64,000 nt of DNA from Eledone cirrhosa (Eukaryota), in contig OZ024740.1 of assembly GCA_964016885.1 (NCBI GenBank), forward strand, positions 120,218,001 through 120,282,000, written 5' to 3'. A program made the position numbers and the translations under genes. The notes under the pieces were generated by a model. The model ran no database searches. It saw only the letters and a list, made by a program, of their open reading frames with translations, and was not told where the DNA came from. Every line of letters starts with the position of its first letter. Positions within the stretch are counted from its first letter, which is position 1. Shown here piece by piece: positions 27,655-43,256 of the stretch.

Positions 27655-28067
27655 ATACATGGTGGCTGCCAACTCGTTTTCGAGTACGGCCACTACTGTA
27701 TATGCATGTAGGAGAAACCCTACCGATGCGCTGAACGAGTGTGACTTTTTAGTCCAGCCAGCGACTTGAAAACTCTGGTACAAACACTACACTTGTGACA
27801 ATTACTGACACATAGTGCTGGGCCCATGGTACCATGTGATGACAAGTGCAGAGAGATCTCCAGATATAAAGCAATGCCTGTGCCATGAAGCTTTTATAGT
27901 GAGCAAAGGCACTGCACTAAGCCAGTCCCACTCTCTTAACCAAGATGATATTTACCAAAAAGAAGAACAAGTCAACATCATTGGATACCATCAGGGTTGC
28001 AGGTGTTATATCAGAGTTTTCCTTCTCCTAGAATTCTGCCTTGACAAAAGCTAAGGGGTCATCTCTC
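27655..28067 (-). mobile_element. Bipartite non-autonomous RTE (5' UTR fused to the last C2H2 finger and 3' end)
   Basis: 27868-28067 is homologous to 55560-55780. 27720-27797 reads [25 protein letters not shown]. Terminal stem-loop ctcg-aaaa-cgag. Confidence 0.75.
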
Positions 28068-29868
<1,801 letters not shown>

Positions 29869-29869
29869 T

Positions 29870-30413
29870 ATAAAATACAAAGAGTTTAAAACCGCTAAAA
29901 CATGTTTATAGATGAGATTCTACAGGACTAGAAATGTTTCATACTTTAGAAATCATCAGCAATCTGGTTGTCCAAAATAAATGTTGTGGTATTTATATCT
30001 TTTCAGGTGGTAGGAGAGGGCGGGAGTGGGATGGGTGGAGGTCATTGGTTGAAAGAACAGGGAATTCATTAAAAGCTAATTCTTTAAGGCTATAATTTAT
30101 ATTTAGAGTGACAAAGGCAGAAAGAATTCTATAAACAAGTTCAAATTGGGGTGGCACTCCCTACTTTTAAGTTTCTTTTAAGCTAACAATGCTTATATTT
30201 CATGTGTCTATAAGATGGTTGGAGGTCGGTCATGATTGATGGATTTAAAGAAAATAGATTTCTCTTGGCCTTTGTCACTCGAAGTAGAGCTTTAAAGAAT
30301 TAGCTTTTAAAGAATTTCCCTTTTCTTTAAATCCATCAACCATGACCGACCTCCAACCATCTTATAGACACCTGAAATATAGGCATTATTAGCTTAAGAG
30401 AAACTTAAAAGTA
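29870..30413 (-). mobile_element. PLE-like terminus with degenerate hammerhead and inverted duplication
   Basis: Inverted repeats at 30163-30254/30321-30413 and about 30060-30135/30255-30320. Hammerhead-like core at 29926-29964. Confidence 0.55.
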
Positions 30414-30469
30414 TATATATATGCATACATGTACATATACATATATGCATACATGTACACATATATATA

Positions 30470-30513
<44 letters not shown>

Positions 30514-30759
30514 TACATGTACATATATATATATATGCATACATGTACATATATATATATGCATACATGTACATATATATATGCATACATGTACATATAT
30601 AGCGTGTAAGATGGGACAATAAATGATGATAATAATAATGAATTCATTTAGTGGCCACAAGGGCCGACATGTAGGGGACAATACAAATAATAATAATAAT
30701 ATATATTATATGAATGAAAAATGAAAAAAAAAATTATATATATATATATATATACATAA

Positions 30760-31245
30760 ATGGCAATTTCTGCCTGTTTGTTTGCTTGTGAACCTAAAAC
30801 TCAAAAACTACCAAACCAATCTTGATGAAACTTGACCCGTGTGTGGGGCTCATGCCCATTTGATTTCTTGTGTATATTTCATTTTAATCAAAGGTTTCCC
30901 CACTGAAAATCCCGCTTAATTTTTTCCCTTCGATTTATATGAGATTTAAACTATAGGTAAATGACAAGATATGTTGCCTATTCACAACATTTCAGAAAAT
31001 TTCAATAATAATGTTATAGTGAACATTTTAGCCAATAAATGGAACAAGATTACACGAACTCCTCCTACCGTTTTGGAGATAGACCCCATAAACATATATA
31101 TTCTGAAACTACATTGCCCAGGGTACTTGGGTAAGTATATTTCATTTTAATGAAAGGGTTCCCCGGGGGCACAAAATCCCCACTGATCATTTTTTCCCTT
31201 AGCTTCATATGAAATTTAAACCATAGGTAAATGACAAGATATAAT
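30760..31245 (+). mobile_element. Possible Helitron-type 5' fragment with internal duplication
   Basis: ctgtttgtttg..accaatcttgatgaaactt head, and an about 50-bp duplication at 30922-30972/31191-31241. Confidence 0.4.
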
Positions 31246-31314
31246 TCCTGTACATACATACATATATATATATGTATACATGTACATACACACACTCACA
31301 CACATATATATATA

Positions 31315-32037
31315 TATCCGAACAACGATGTTGCATGGTAGTGAGGCCTGGGCGCTGAAGGTGGAAGACTTACGTAGATTAGAGAGAAACGAAGCCTGCA
31401 TGCTCCGATGGATGTGTAACAGTAATATACGTGAACGACAAAGCATGGATGAATTGAGAGAGAGACTGAGCATCAGAGGAATCAAATGCTGTGTGCAGGA
31501 GAGGCGGTTGCGCTGGTATGGACATGTGATGCGTATGAAGGATGACAGCTGCATAAAAAGGTGCAGAGCACTAGAAGTCGATGGAAACCGTGGAGTGGGG
31601 AGACCCAAGATGACCTGGGATGAGGTGATAAAAGCCGACCTTACCCAATTACACCTCTCAAAGGCAATGACACACGACCGTGACCTCTGGCGTCACACAG
31701 TAATACAGAGTACCCGACCTCCCATGGGTACAAGCTGAAGCATATAGACAATATGCTCCCCCACCCCACCCCACCGCAATGTGGTCATGGAGGTGCCACG
31801 GCAAAAAAGCACCCAGCCCACACTGTAAAGTGAACGTGTAGGCGCCACGAAAAAGCACCCAGCACTCACTGTAAATGAGGTTGGTGTTAGGAAGGGTATC
31901 CAGCTGTAGAAATCAAGCCAGAATCAGTTCCTGTATGAGCAAGACAAGGTCAGCCGACCGGACACTGCCCACAACAGGACACCCCGTCTAACCCATGGTA
32001 GCGTGGAAGTACGGACGTAAAACGGTGATGATGATGA
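31315..32037 (+). mobile_element. RTE LINE 3' fragment
   Basis: Near-identical to 29145-29860. Confidence 0.9.
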
Positions 32038-32125
32038 GATATATATGTGTGTGTGTGTGAGTGTGTGTATGTAAATGTATGCATATATATATATATCTAT
32101 ATATATATATATATGTATGTATATA

Positions 32126-32467
32126 TCATCATCATCATCATTATTTTACGTCCGCTTTTCCCTGCTTGCAAGGGTGGGACGGGAACTGATTCTGGCTTGA
32201 TTTCTACAGCTGGATGCAATTCCTAACACCAACCTCATTTACAGTGAGTGCTGGGTGCTTGTTTGCCATGGCACCTACACAACCACTTTGCAGTGGAATG
32301 ATAGGGACCCCAGTCCCTATCATCTCATTTCTACAGCTGAATAAACTGGAGCAACGTGAAATAAAGTGTCTTGCTCAAGGAAACAACACATCACCCGGTC
32401 TGAGAATTGAACTCACAACCTTTCGATTGCAAGCCCAATGCTCTAACCACTAAGCCGTGTGCCTCCA

Positions 32468-32468
<1 letters not shown>
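32126..32468 (-). mobile_element. SINE family B
   Basis: Reverse complement of 12852-13190. Confidence 0.85.
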
Positions 32469-32520
<52 letters not shown>

Positions 32521-32524
<4 letters not shown>

Positions 32525-33432
32525 TCATCATCATCATCATCATCATCGTTTAACGTCCGTGTTCCACGCTTGCATGGGTTTGGACGGGGGTATTCCCACT
32601 TGAGGCAAAAGTGATTGTCTTGCTCGCATAGGACTGTCTGGCAGGTTTTCTACAGTTGGATGCCCTTCCTAACACCAACCACATTTACAGTGTGGGACTG
32701 GGAGGTTTTTACCGTGTTGCCTACACGGCCACATTACAGCGTGGACTGTGTGTTTTTTTGTCGTGACACCTACACGATCTCATTTGTTTCGGCCTGGATG
32801 TTGTGGCACCAACATAACTTTACATAGGAGGGGGTGGTGTGGATGGGGTGTGGGTGGTGGGACGTGGGTGTATTTTGTTAGAGATGTCTACTGGATGTAG
32901 TAGGTTTTACTATGTATTTAGGTAAGGCGCGTCTTCTCTATTACTGAGTACCGCCAAAGGTCTCGGTCCAGTGACATTGTCTTGGTGAGGTGTAAGTGTG
33001 TGAGGTCGGAGTTTATCAGCTCATCCCAGGTTTTTCTGGGTCTGCCTATTCCGTGGCTACCGTCTATCTTTATTGCCCTGCACTTTGTTATACAGCTATC
33101 GCCCTTCATGCGCATTACGTGACCATACCAACGTAGCCTTCTCTCGAGTAGACAACATCTGATCCCTCTTATTTCTAATTTTTTCCTTAGTTCGTTTATG
33201 CTTTGTCATTCACGTATATTACTATTACACATCCAGCGGAGCATGCAAGCTTCGTTTCTCTCTAGTCTGCGTATATCTTCTGCACACAATGCCCAGGTCT
33301 CACTGCCATGCAACATTGCTGTTCGTATGCAGGCATCGTACAACCTGCCTTTCATTTTTAGGGAGAACCCTTCAGCTCTCTGAACTTTTTCCACCCAGTT
33401 CTGACTCTAGCTACTGTACTTTCAGAGCACCC
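32521..33432 (-). mobile_element. RTE LINE 3' fragment
   Basis: HGSETW and RLRWYGH motifs; 3' UTR matches 24440-24806. Confidence 0.9.
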
Positions 33433-34058
33433 TCGTATATATTAACTGACACTAGTCACCATGACTATCAATTGTTTGATATTACATAATATACCAGGTT
33501 ACATCAAATAATTAGATAGTAAATCTGTTTCTTTAATCACTATGACAGAAATATGCATTATATTAATCCTATAATCAGAGAGCCTCTTTGCTGAGGATCA
33601 TATTAGTATAAAAGCAGACATAAACATACATTTATATATAAATTTGCATAATATTACCACAAAAATATGTATATATTCATATAAATTCATATATGTGCAT
33701 GTGTGCACGTCTGTGTGTATACATATATACACACATATACTAGCATCGAAAATAGTAAATTAAATGATTGTGTGTGTATATATATATATATATATGCACA
33801 CTCACATGCATCGTTTAACTTCCAATTGTCCATGTTAACAAGGATTGAATTTGGTATTATTGTAGTCAGTACTTAATCAGAATTACTCTTCTCCCAAATG
33901 GACTGGCGAGTGGGAGGTGATTGAAAGCACATCACGTTGGTTGCATATGTTCTAGTTTTGGAATGATTTCTACTTCTAAATTCCTTTCCTATCACCAAGC
34001 ATTTCACTCAGTTATGTTACCGAATGTAATAAAAATTCTCAAAATAATGCATGTACTC

Positions 34059-34290
34059 CTTCTTCTTTTTGTATCTTCGAAGCATGTGGTTATATGACAG
34101 TTTCCCATTTCTTTACACAGTCCTTTGCATTATTATTAAATTCTGCAAGATCTTTTAAGCTGCACTGATTGGATAGTAGAGGGCAAACAAGGCAGTGCTG
34201 CATTGTATGGTCCTCCTGTCCGCATTTGCAGATGGTTGGACCGGTCTTGTAGCCCCATCTGGCCATGTACTAAAAACCTGCAAAACGATG
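34059..34290 (-). mobile_element. Ingi/Vingi-like LINE 3' fragment
   Basis: 34266-34090 reads MARWGYKTGPTICKCGQEDHTMQHCLVCPLLSNQCSLKDL...W* (CCHC knuckle), followed by a short UTR and an aagaagaag tail. Confidence 0.65.
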
Positions 34291-35620
34291 TCACAGGCTG
34301 TGTTGATGCCTTAGATAAGCCATCATAAATGTTCATGTCATGCTGACTAAAATGACAAAAAAGGATACCTAAAATAATGTGTTCAGCAACAAATACCTCT
34401 TTATGTTGAGATATACAGAAATACTATAATTAATGTATCAGAGAGAAATAGTTATGGCAACGATTATAAAATAAGACTGAGTAAAATATTCTACATTCTA
34501 TTAATACGATTTCAAATATACAACCTTAAATGTGTAATATAATTTTTTCAGCATTTCAATTATATTGTTGATTTGATTTTTTTCTTTAGCAAGACAATAT
34601 TCTTTTTTAATGCCAGATAATTGCGCTTTAAACAAGAGAAATTTTCTTCAAATGCAAGATCAATTTATGAAAATATGGATGAAGTATGGATTAAGATATT
34701 TGTATCAAAACTAAATATCAAAATAATCTTCAGATATATAAAACTACTAAACATAAAGCGAAATGTAATCAAAAATTGTATATGTGTGTAAGCATGTGTG
34801 TACGGGTATGTGGTATGCGTGTTTTTGTGTGTGTGTGTGCATGTATATATATATATATGCATGTGTGTATATATGTATTTGATAATATGGTGGATAATTT
34901 AAGAAAACTATTCTAGTTCTTACAATATTTATGGCAAGAACATTTTTACTAAATGTTTGATCAAAGGCATACATAATTGCTTCAAAATGATTTAGTCAAC
35001 AATGATAAATTGCATAATCAACTGAACTAATCATCCCTTTTCTTCTATATATTTTATTTTGATTTTTTAATCTTTGTATATTTGATTTCTAATATTTATG
35101 CTATTCCTTTACTTTCAATTTTTTCTTTCTCTTTGTTTCGACTTCCATAAACTATTTAGACAGAACTTTCTTGAAAGACTATGCAATTAATCAAAATAAT
35201 GAATAACAGGACTTCAATATGAATGGTTACATATTTAAAGTTTAATTGCTTCAAGTCACAGATAATTGGTCGAATGCATGATGACTATTTTAGTTCTGGA
35301 TTCATTATTGTAGTATTCCATTTAATTGTTTTCCAATTTTTATCACAATTAAACATAAGGTCAGAAATGATTTTACCAATTCCACTGACTCAGTATTCCT
35401 GGCTTCAGTTATGGATTTGAATAAGGTTTCATGCATTTAATTATTTCCGTAATTATTAGTTTTCTTATAATTTTTATAATCATGGAGGGCAGTTATCCTG
35501 TTTATCCCATGGATTAACTTTTATTTCATTCTTTAGACTGTATAAACTATATAAGCACTAAAGTATTTATTCATTTCATGCCATTTCTTTTTTCATGAAA
35601 ACAATTGAGAATGTCTGTGT

Positions 35621-35651
<31 letters not shown>

Positions 35652-36123
35652 CTTAGTAAACTAATTAATGTTTAGAACATAAAAAAATCCTTACATAAAA
35701 TTATGAACGAAGTATGATGATGTGTGAACATAGAATCCTAAAACTTTCTGTGATGACAACTTGCACCATTGCTCATCTTTTCTTTGGGCATACTCTAATG
35801 GAAGCTTACATAGTATACATTATCAAACTTATGACATAAGCTTTATATAGTGTATTATATGTATTATTTAAAAATTATTAAGTGACAAATTGTATCTGTT
35901 ACAAAAGCATTTAGACTGCTGAAAGAACATAGGAATGTTAAGGTTATATAAACGTCTTTAATAGAAATATTTATGACATGTATTGAATAAGCTATAATAA
36001 TTAATGACATTCACAAATTAGCAGTTTACCTATCAAATATCTATTTTCAATGTTTGGATATCACACTACATGCAGTATATTTCTGTATATATTTCTACAT
36101 ATATCAGGAATAGTTGTTTTTAA

Positions 36124-36290
36124 ATAATTGTTTCTACTTTAGGCACAAGGCCAGCAATTACCCAGTGCATTACTGGCACTTTATTTTATCGACCCCGTAA
36201 GGATGAAAGGCAAAGTGAACCTCGGCGGGATTTGAACTCAGATCGTAAAGGGATGTAACTATGCAGGAAAGCATGGCGTCCAACCCCCTA
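36124..36290 (-). mobile_element. SINE family A
   Basis: Reverse complement of the consensus. Confidence 0.85.
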
Positions 36291-38025
36291 ATGATGATGA
36301 TGCATGTATGAAAATTTATGCTAAAACCAAAATATCAAATGCATATATATTGCTCTATATTCTATATTATTATTAAGTTGCTTTCATAATTTATTTTATT
36401 TATATAACTGACTATGAACAGCTTTCACCATAATTTTCATTGACATCTCATGGGAGGAGTGTCAAAAGAATTCATTAATTGAAACATCATTTACCTACAA
36501 ATTCCTACTCCAAACTTTAAGGTCCAACCTTTTCTTTTTTGTACGAAACTGCCTAAAATTGCCCTTGTGTGTACTTATTTAGAAACCTTTCATGATAATT
36601 TTATGCAAGAGTCTTTGTTATGTTCCAAATACCAGCTTAATTATGATAAAATTAGTTTAGTAAATGCCTTGAAATTCATTATCACTTTCAAATTTATGTG
36701 AAAATCATTGTCAGTGTCATTCATTAAAAAATGTACTAATGAAAGGTTTACAGTAATTTCCCATTTTTTAAAACTGTATTTCAAAAGATGCCTCAAACTA
36801 TATTAGAGGGTATGAAGAAAAAACAGCAAAATTCCTTCACCTTTAAAGTTGTATACTTAAAATGATTTGTGTAACTTCACACCTGATGAGTAAAAATACA
36901 AAATGTGCTTATCGGAAAAAAATAAAAGTAACCTAAATATCAAACACATTGAAGTGCAGTATATAGTTTGGCTGGATAAAGTTGTAAATATTCCCAATAA
37001 TTTTAACATATTTTGTTTTCCTGTTTGATTTTGTACAAATATTAATGCTTCCCAATTTTCATTCCAATTGAGTAAAGTTTTGATCTTTGAGACATTGTTT
37101 AAAGATTAAAGGAAAAAGCAACAATATATAGTGAGCAGACAATAAGTAGCAAAACATTTATTTATAGAAGAAACTTTCATCAAATTATATATAACTGGTT
37201 CATGCCATCTGTAATCAGATTAAAACAGTTAAAAACATACTAAATAAACTTATATGATGTCAAGATATTTCGACAGTTCAAATTCATTCATATGTTAAAA
37301 AAAAATGTTTGTAGGTTTTCAGAAAGGGTTGTGCCTATGGCCTTCAAAGACTCTCTGAAAACAGAGAAATAGATGTGATGAATATGAGACGTAAATGTGA
37401 AATATACTAGTTTCATGTCTTGGTGGCTGGTGTATTGCTAAAAAAAAAAAGAGATTACTTCCTTACATTTACCTTCTTGGCAAACAAATTTCTTTTCTTG
37501 TATAGATTTTGAACAAGTGAAATTATGGTTGGGAAGAATAATCAAATTTATCCAAATAATCATAGAACACAGATTACCTGATCAGTAAGATACATAAGAA
37601 CAGCAAAAATGAATATCAATATACTATGCTCCTTTTTTCATTTCATAAATTTTCTTCATAAGCATGTGTTCTCAAATTTTACATAAATACATTTGCAAAA
37701 TGTTTTAGCAACTAGATTGGGGACATATCATTTTAACTATCAAAAAATAATAAATAAAAATACAATTGAATACCACAAGAACGATTATCTTCATGTCTAA
37801 TTTATTATTTTTTTGTATGTCAATATTTTCAGTATACTCAGCAACCTGGTGACTGAAATAATTCCTTGACAAATTTTGAATAGCTAAAATGACTCCTATA
37901 TAAGATAATTACTTGAGTTTGAATACATGATCTCAAATCAAATCCTTTGTATGTTAAGTACAATTCCCCATCCCCCATAATCAAAACCTATTACAGAACG
38001 AAAAAGTTGTTAACACAATACTCAC

Positions 38026-38230
38026 CCAATACAAATAGATTCACTTTGTTGATTTTTACAGGAACAGTATTTATCTGACAGTTGAATTGACCTTGGTCTG
38101 ATGGTTCTACATCCCGTATATGTAAGTTCCACTCACCAGGATGGTCTCGAACCACCATAAGACGAACATCATCAGTAATGCGCCGATCTCGCATCGTCAA
38201 CAGGGTATGCCTTTGGTTTGTCCAAATAAC
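38026..38230 (-). CDS. Internal coding exon of an immunoglobulin-superfamily cell-adhesion gene (Dpr/DIP/Lachesin/IgLON-like, second half of an Ig domain)
   Basis: Acceptor ttttctcttttcatttcag and donor gtgagt flank 205 bp (phase 0 to 1) reading VIWTNQRHTLLTMRDRRITDDVRLMVVRDHPGEWNLHIRDVEPSDQGQFNCQINTVPVKINKVNLFVL. It carries the Ig C-strand W, the WxLxI motif and the DxGxF/YxC motif. Confidence 0.9.
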
Positions 38231-41200
38231 CTGAAATGAAAAGAGAAAATAGTATCAACTATGAGAATGATAATTGATTTTAATTTAGGCTCAAAGCCAT
38301 CAATATTTTGGTGGGTGGGGGAAATTTGATGAAATCAATTGCAGTACTTGACTGGTATTTTATTCTATCGAGCCAGAGAAGATAAAAGTCAAAGTTGGCT
38401 TCAGTGAAATTTAAAAGCAGAACATAAAGAGCCTGAAAATCAACCATTAGTCATTTTATTAATACTCTAATGAAAAATATAATAAAATATTCCCATATTT
38501 GTGTAAATTCACAATTTGGAGAGGAAGGATAGTCTATTTAATGAACCCTAATAAACAACTGGGGAATATTTTGATACCCACACACACACACACACAGAGG
38601 AATGTAATACAAAATCATGTGTGTCAGTGAATTCAACATGTATAGAGAGGGAACTAAATACTCTTAAATACTTTGAATATATGAAAAATAAAATAACAGA
38701 ATTTGAACAGAGCCATTCTAACAAGTTCTGAGCGTTCATGAAACTTAAGATACGATGTACAACAATTAGTTTGCATATGAGAAAATAATTTAACATAATC
38801 AGACTATTGAACATCAAATTTAAATGTCAGAAATAACATTAATTACAAACTATAGCTTCAAGACAATAGTACTCACTGAATTCTGAGCATACTATACCAA
38901 AGATAATATAAGTTGCATATGTGCTACACATATAGAGAAGTAAGTACTATCCTGGATTTTAATGTAGGGGCAGAGGTAAAATAGGTGAAAGGCAACTAAA
39001 ATGGTTGGCATTAGCAAAGGCATCTGGCTGTAAAACATTGTCTTAAACATAAATCAACATGGAATGGTAGATATAATGATTATGATTGATTAGTATAAAA
39101 GTGTTGATCCAGTTAATGTGTGGTAGGAAAATTAAACAATTTGTTGGGACAATTAACAACACTCTCATTTTTATACTACATTAAATGAAACAAAAATTGC
39201 TTTAAAAAGAGAATTTCTTCATAAAAAAGAAACAATTTTTTTTATTAAATGTTTTTAAAACACACCTTAGTCTGCAGAACCCCAGACAATTATTTGTGTA
39301 AAACATTGAGATTCCTTAGAACTCACTTTGGGAAACATTGGTGTAAGGGAATATGAAAATCCCTCAAAAAAGATCATGAAATGTACAAACTGTTTACACC
39401 AAGGAAAAGTTATGAATAAGATCAAACCAATAGAAAAGATACAATCAGAGTATAACTTCAAACAATATAAAACATTTGAAAAGAAGAACCACACTTTATA
39501 AACAATACCCTGCAAGACTAGACAGAGGGGAACTGAAAGAAAATAAAAGACAATAATAGCAAACAAGTTCAGGCAAAATGGAAGTGTTAATTTTAGCTGC
39601 ACTATGCAAACAAACCAACAATAATGAAATAATTTCATCATCGCTTTCATCATCATTTTATATCTGTTTTTCCCTGCTTGCAAGGGTGGGAATATAACAA
39701 TATATATTAATTCAAGTTGTATTTTTCTTTTAAATGCTGAGCATATCTACAAGCACCATCAAGCAGATCACTAATTCTACTTGGGAAATATCCCATACAC
39801 GTATATCAAAACTGAAAATAAATGGTATAAGTCACATGCCAAATCTAGTTGCTGAAAATGATATGATTCGAGCAGATTGAGAAGAAATTGAAAATCACCT
39901 AGATATCATAAACAATATAGAAAGGACAAAATACACCTGGTACATTCCATAATGTGATAGTAGATGTAATATGATATAATGCACCCAGAACACTCTGTAT
40001 AGTTGTAGAGCTGGTCCCAAAAATAAAATGCATTAAGTATATTCTGCAAAATGTTTGATGTTAGGAAAGGTATTTTGATGCAGAATTCCTGCCAAAATAT
40101 AAGTTTTATGAGCACTCCACTCATGTCACATGGGAAACAAATGTAAAATGACAGGCAAGCTATTGCATTGGTATCTTAATCCATTCTAATTTAATATAAA
40201 CCAAAGAGAAGACAAAAAAAGCTATCTAAATACGAGAACTCATCATCATCATCATGTTATGTATATGAGCAAATGATGTTTGTACTGGTTATAATAAAAA
40301 GAGCACATGATCAAAAGTATAAACATCATATCAAATCTCACAACTTTACATTCATGACATAATGTGGTTTTGCAATCACACAAGCTAAAGGTAATAGTAG
40401 TCAAATATCCCCCAAACATCTTAGAATATGGATGGCACATTGCAAAATGTAGATCTAGATTATTATCATCATTGTCATCATTTAATGTGTATCTGTCCAT
40501 GCTGGCATCGGCTGGACTGGTCATCACAGACCAAGTCAATGTTTAATCAGTGCTACTCTCCACACAGCCCCTGATTCATGTCTCACATACATTCAATATC
40601 CATTTGGGAAATCACAAGATAGTCATGGTAGGAATGTATTTGGCCATATGTCTGCTGAACTGAAGCTAAACAAAGCATTTCATACAATACATGATATAGG
40701 TCTTACTGGGTGCAGCACACATTCTATGTTCGAACTAATATGGTAAATGCTCAGAGTTCTAAGTATTACATATTTTAATGATAATATAAAGAAGAGGGGG
40801 TATTGGTTTGCAATTCTCCACCAATTTCCAACAAAAGTTAATTCTATTAATCATTAAAACTCCATTTGTCTACCTACATTAAACTATATCCAATCTGACT
40901 TAGCACTCCATGAAATAGCTATATAATATAAAATTAAATTAGAAAAAAAAAATGGAATTAGATATTTTTTCCTAAAAATGATATAATAATAGATAAGGTT
41001 TTAATAAAGATAAAACAAAATTAATAATACAGAGTTTTAATTGGATAAAAAGTTAAAACTACAAGTAAAACAAACAGAAACTATGAGAAGTATGTTTAAT
41101 TTGTTTGTTTTTCTGAGTCAACTTCTCTTATCTGAGACTATAATTGCAGACAAAACAGTTTCATTGATTTTTTCCTATTTCAACTAGAATTCCTTTTCTT

Positions 41201-42906
41201 TTCTTTTTATTGTCCATTGACATAGTACAGGCATAGCTGTGTAGTTAAGAAGTTTGTTACACAAATATGTGGCTTGGGTTATATATTATTGGTGAAATTT
41301 TGGGTTTCTGTTACTATAACCTCTGACTGACTAATGATTGTGAGTGAACCTGGAAGATATAAGTTGTGCAAAACTCATTGTGTGCATGCGTGTGTGTGAG
41401 AGAGAGAGCTTCTCTTTGTCTCATCACTTCACATTTGAAAGCACTTCCAGTGATCCATATTTTATGTAACAAAATAAAACTGAAGTTAGTATCAAGAAGG
41501 GCATTCAGCTGCTTTTATACCTTATCAGGGAAGCATAATGTTATATAAATGCCAAATCTTTAATAATTAAATGCTACAATAACCAAAAAAAGAGATAATA
41601 CATTAATTAATGTAGATCTAGTCGTGGATAAAAACTAAGATGATCATGTCAGAAATTTCAAAAGCTACATGTAGAGTGGCTCACAAGATCAAGGTGACCT
41701 GGACTAAATAACTGCCATTGATGTGTTACTATATACCTTCTGATCTATAATTACAAGAGTAAGAAAGAAAAACAAAGCAGTACACTAATTTGTGTAGAAT
41801 ACCATTTGGTCAGTATATATGAGTGATTGAGTGATAAAAATTGGCTTATATAGAACATGATACTGAAAACAATCTTTCTCAGAGAAGGAACCTTTGTCAT
41901 TTATAAATATGAATATTTTACAGGCCATCCACAGATGAAAATACTCACTAATGGTTGATATATTCTAGAAAAAAGGACTTTATACATACATACACAACTG
42001 CGTGTATGTGTGTATATTTTAAGCAAGATTTGCAGTGCTCTGTATTAGCCCGAACTATGGAGGCTAAAATAAACTAAAGAACTAAAAGTACATTAAAAAT
42101 ACACTAACTGCTTACAAATAAATAGATAACTTGCTTCAGAAGTGATACATAAATTATGATTCTCATAAAACAGAAACTATAACAAGCAAAATTCAGTACA
42201 GATTAACATATATTACTAAATCTTAGAACATATAACATATAATTTAAAAAGTATTCCCTAGATTATTGCAAGGAAAAATGTCATTGTTTCGTCTGCTGTA
42301 ATGAAAACAAAACAGAAATAAAAATATCAATAATAAATTCGTTTTTAAGTGTAAATATTTTACTACTAGCTCTTATTTATAGTCTGGTTTTCTTTTTTCA
42401 CCAGGAAAGATAGAAATATCTTTTCCCAAACTCTAAGAGTAAGAATATTCATCTAATGTTATTGAATTTAGTCTCCTGGGTTGGTAATGCTCATAAACTC
42501 GTTAGGAGAAACAATATCAACTTAACTTTATTTGCAAACTTGTATACTTTATGATGTCAATAATAAGAAAGTAAGGGGAACAAGTAGTAGATTAAACCAA
42601 TTTAGAATTTCTGTAACTAGCATGTTATTTGAACTCTATTACTGTAACACTATCTGCACTCTGAAATAAAATCTTCTTCAATGTTGAAGAGACAGAACGT
42701 TTTGCCTTCTTTGTGGAATTTCATTCAAATTATTAGTATTGAAAGCAAAATGAAGATGTTAAAAATGTATCTCAAGTGTCTACCAAATCTGGAAAATACT
42801 AGAATCAGTAACAAAAATATTGCAGCAGTACACAATCTCTTTTAATCTTTTAGAAAGTGTTGAAATTTACGTATTGTGAGCTATAGATACATGTCTATGT
42901 GCAGAC

Positions 42907-43256
42907 ATCATCATCATCATCATCATTTCATTTTACGTCAGCTTTTCCCTGCTTGCAAGGGTGGGACGGGAACTGATTCTGGCTTGATTTCTACAGTTGG
43001 ATGCCCTTCCTAATACCAACCTCATTTTACAGTGAGTGCTGGGTGTTTTTTTGCCGTGGCACCTCCACGACCACTTTGCAGTGGAATGATAGGGACCCCA
43101 GTCCCTATCATCTCATTTCTACAGCTGAGTAAACTGGAGCAATGTGAAATAAAGTGTCTTGCTCAAGGAAACAACACATCACCCGGTCTGAGAATTGAAC
43201 TCACAACCGTTTGATTGCAAGGCCAATGCTCTAACCACTAAGCCATGTGCCTCCAG
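42907..43256 (-). mobile_element. SINE family B
   Basis: Reverse complement of 12852-13190 with (GAT)n tail. Confidence 0.85.

Noticed and set aside
36880-36920. CTGATGA...GAAA on the plus strand
   Set aside because: No stem II closing onto GAAA, and no stem III or NUH site.
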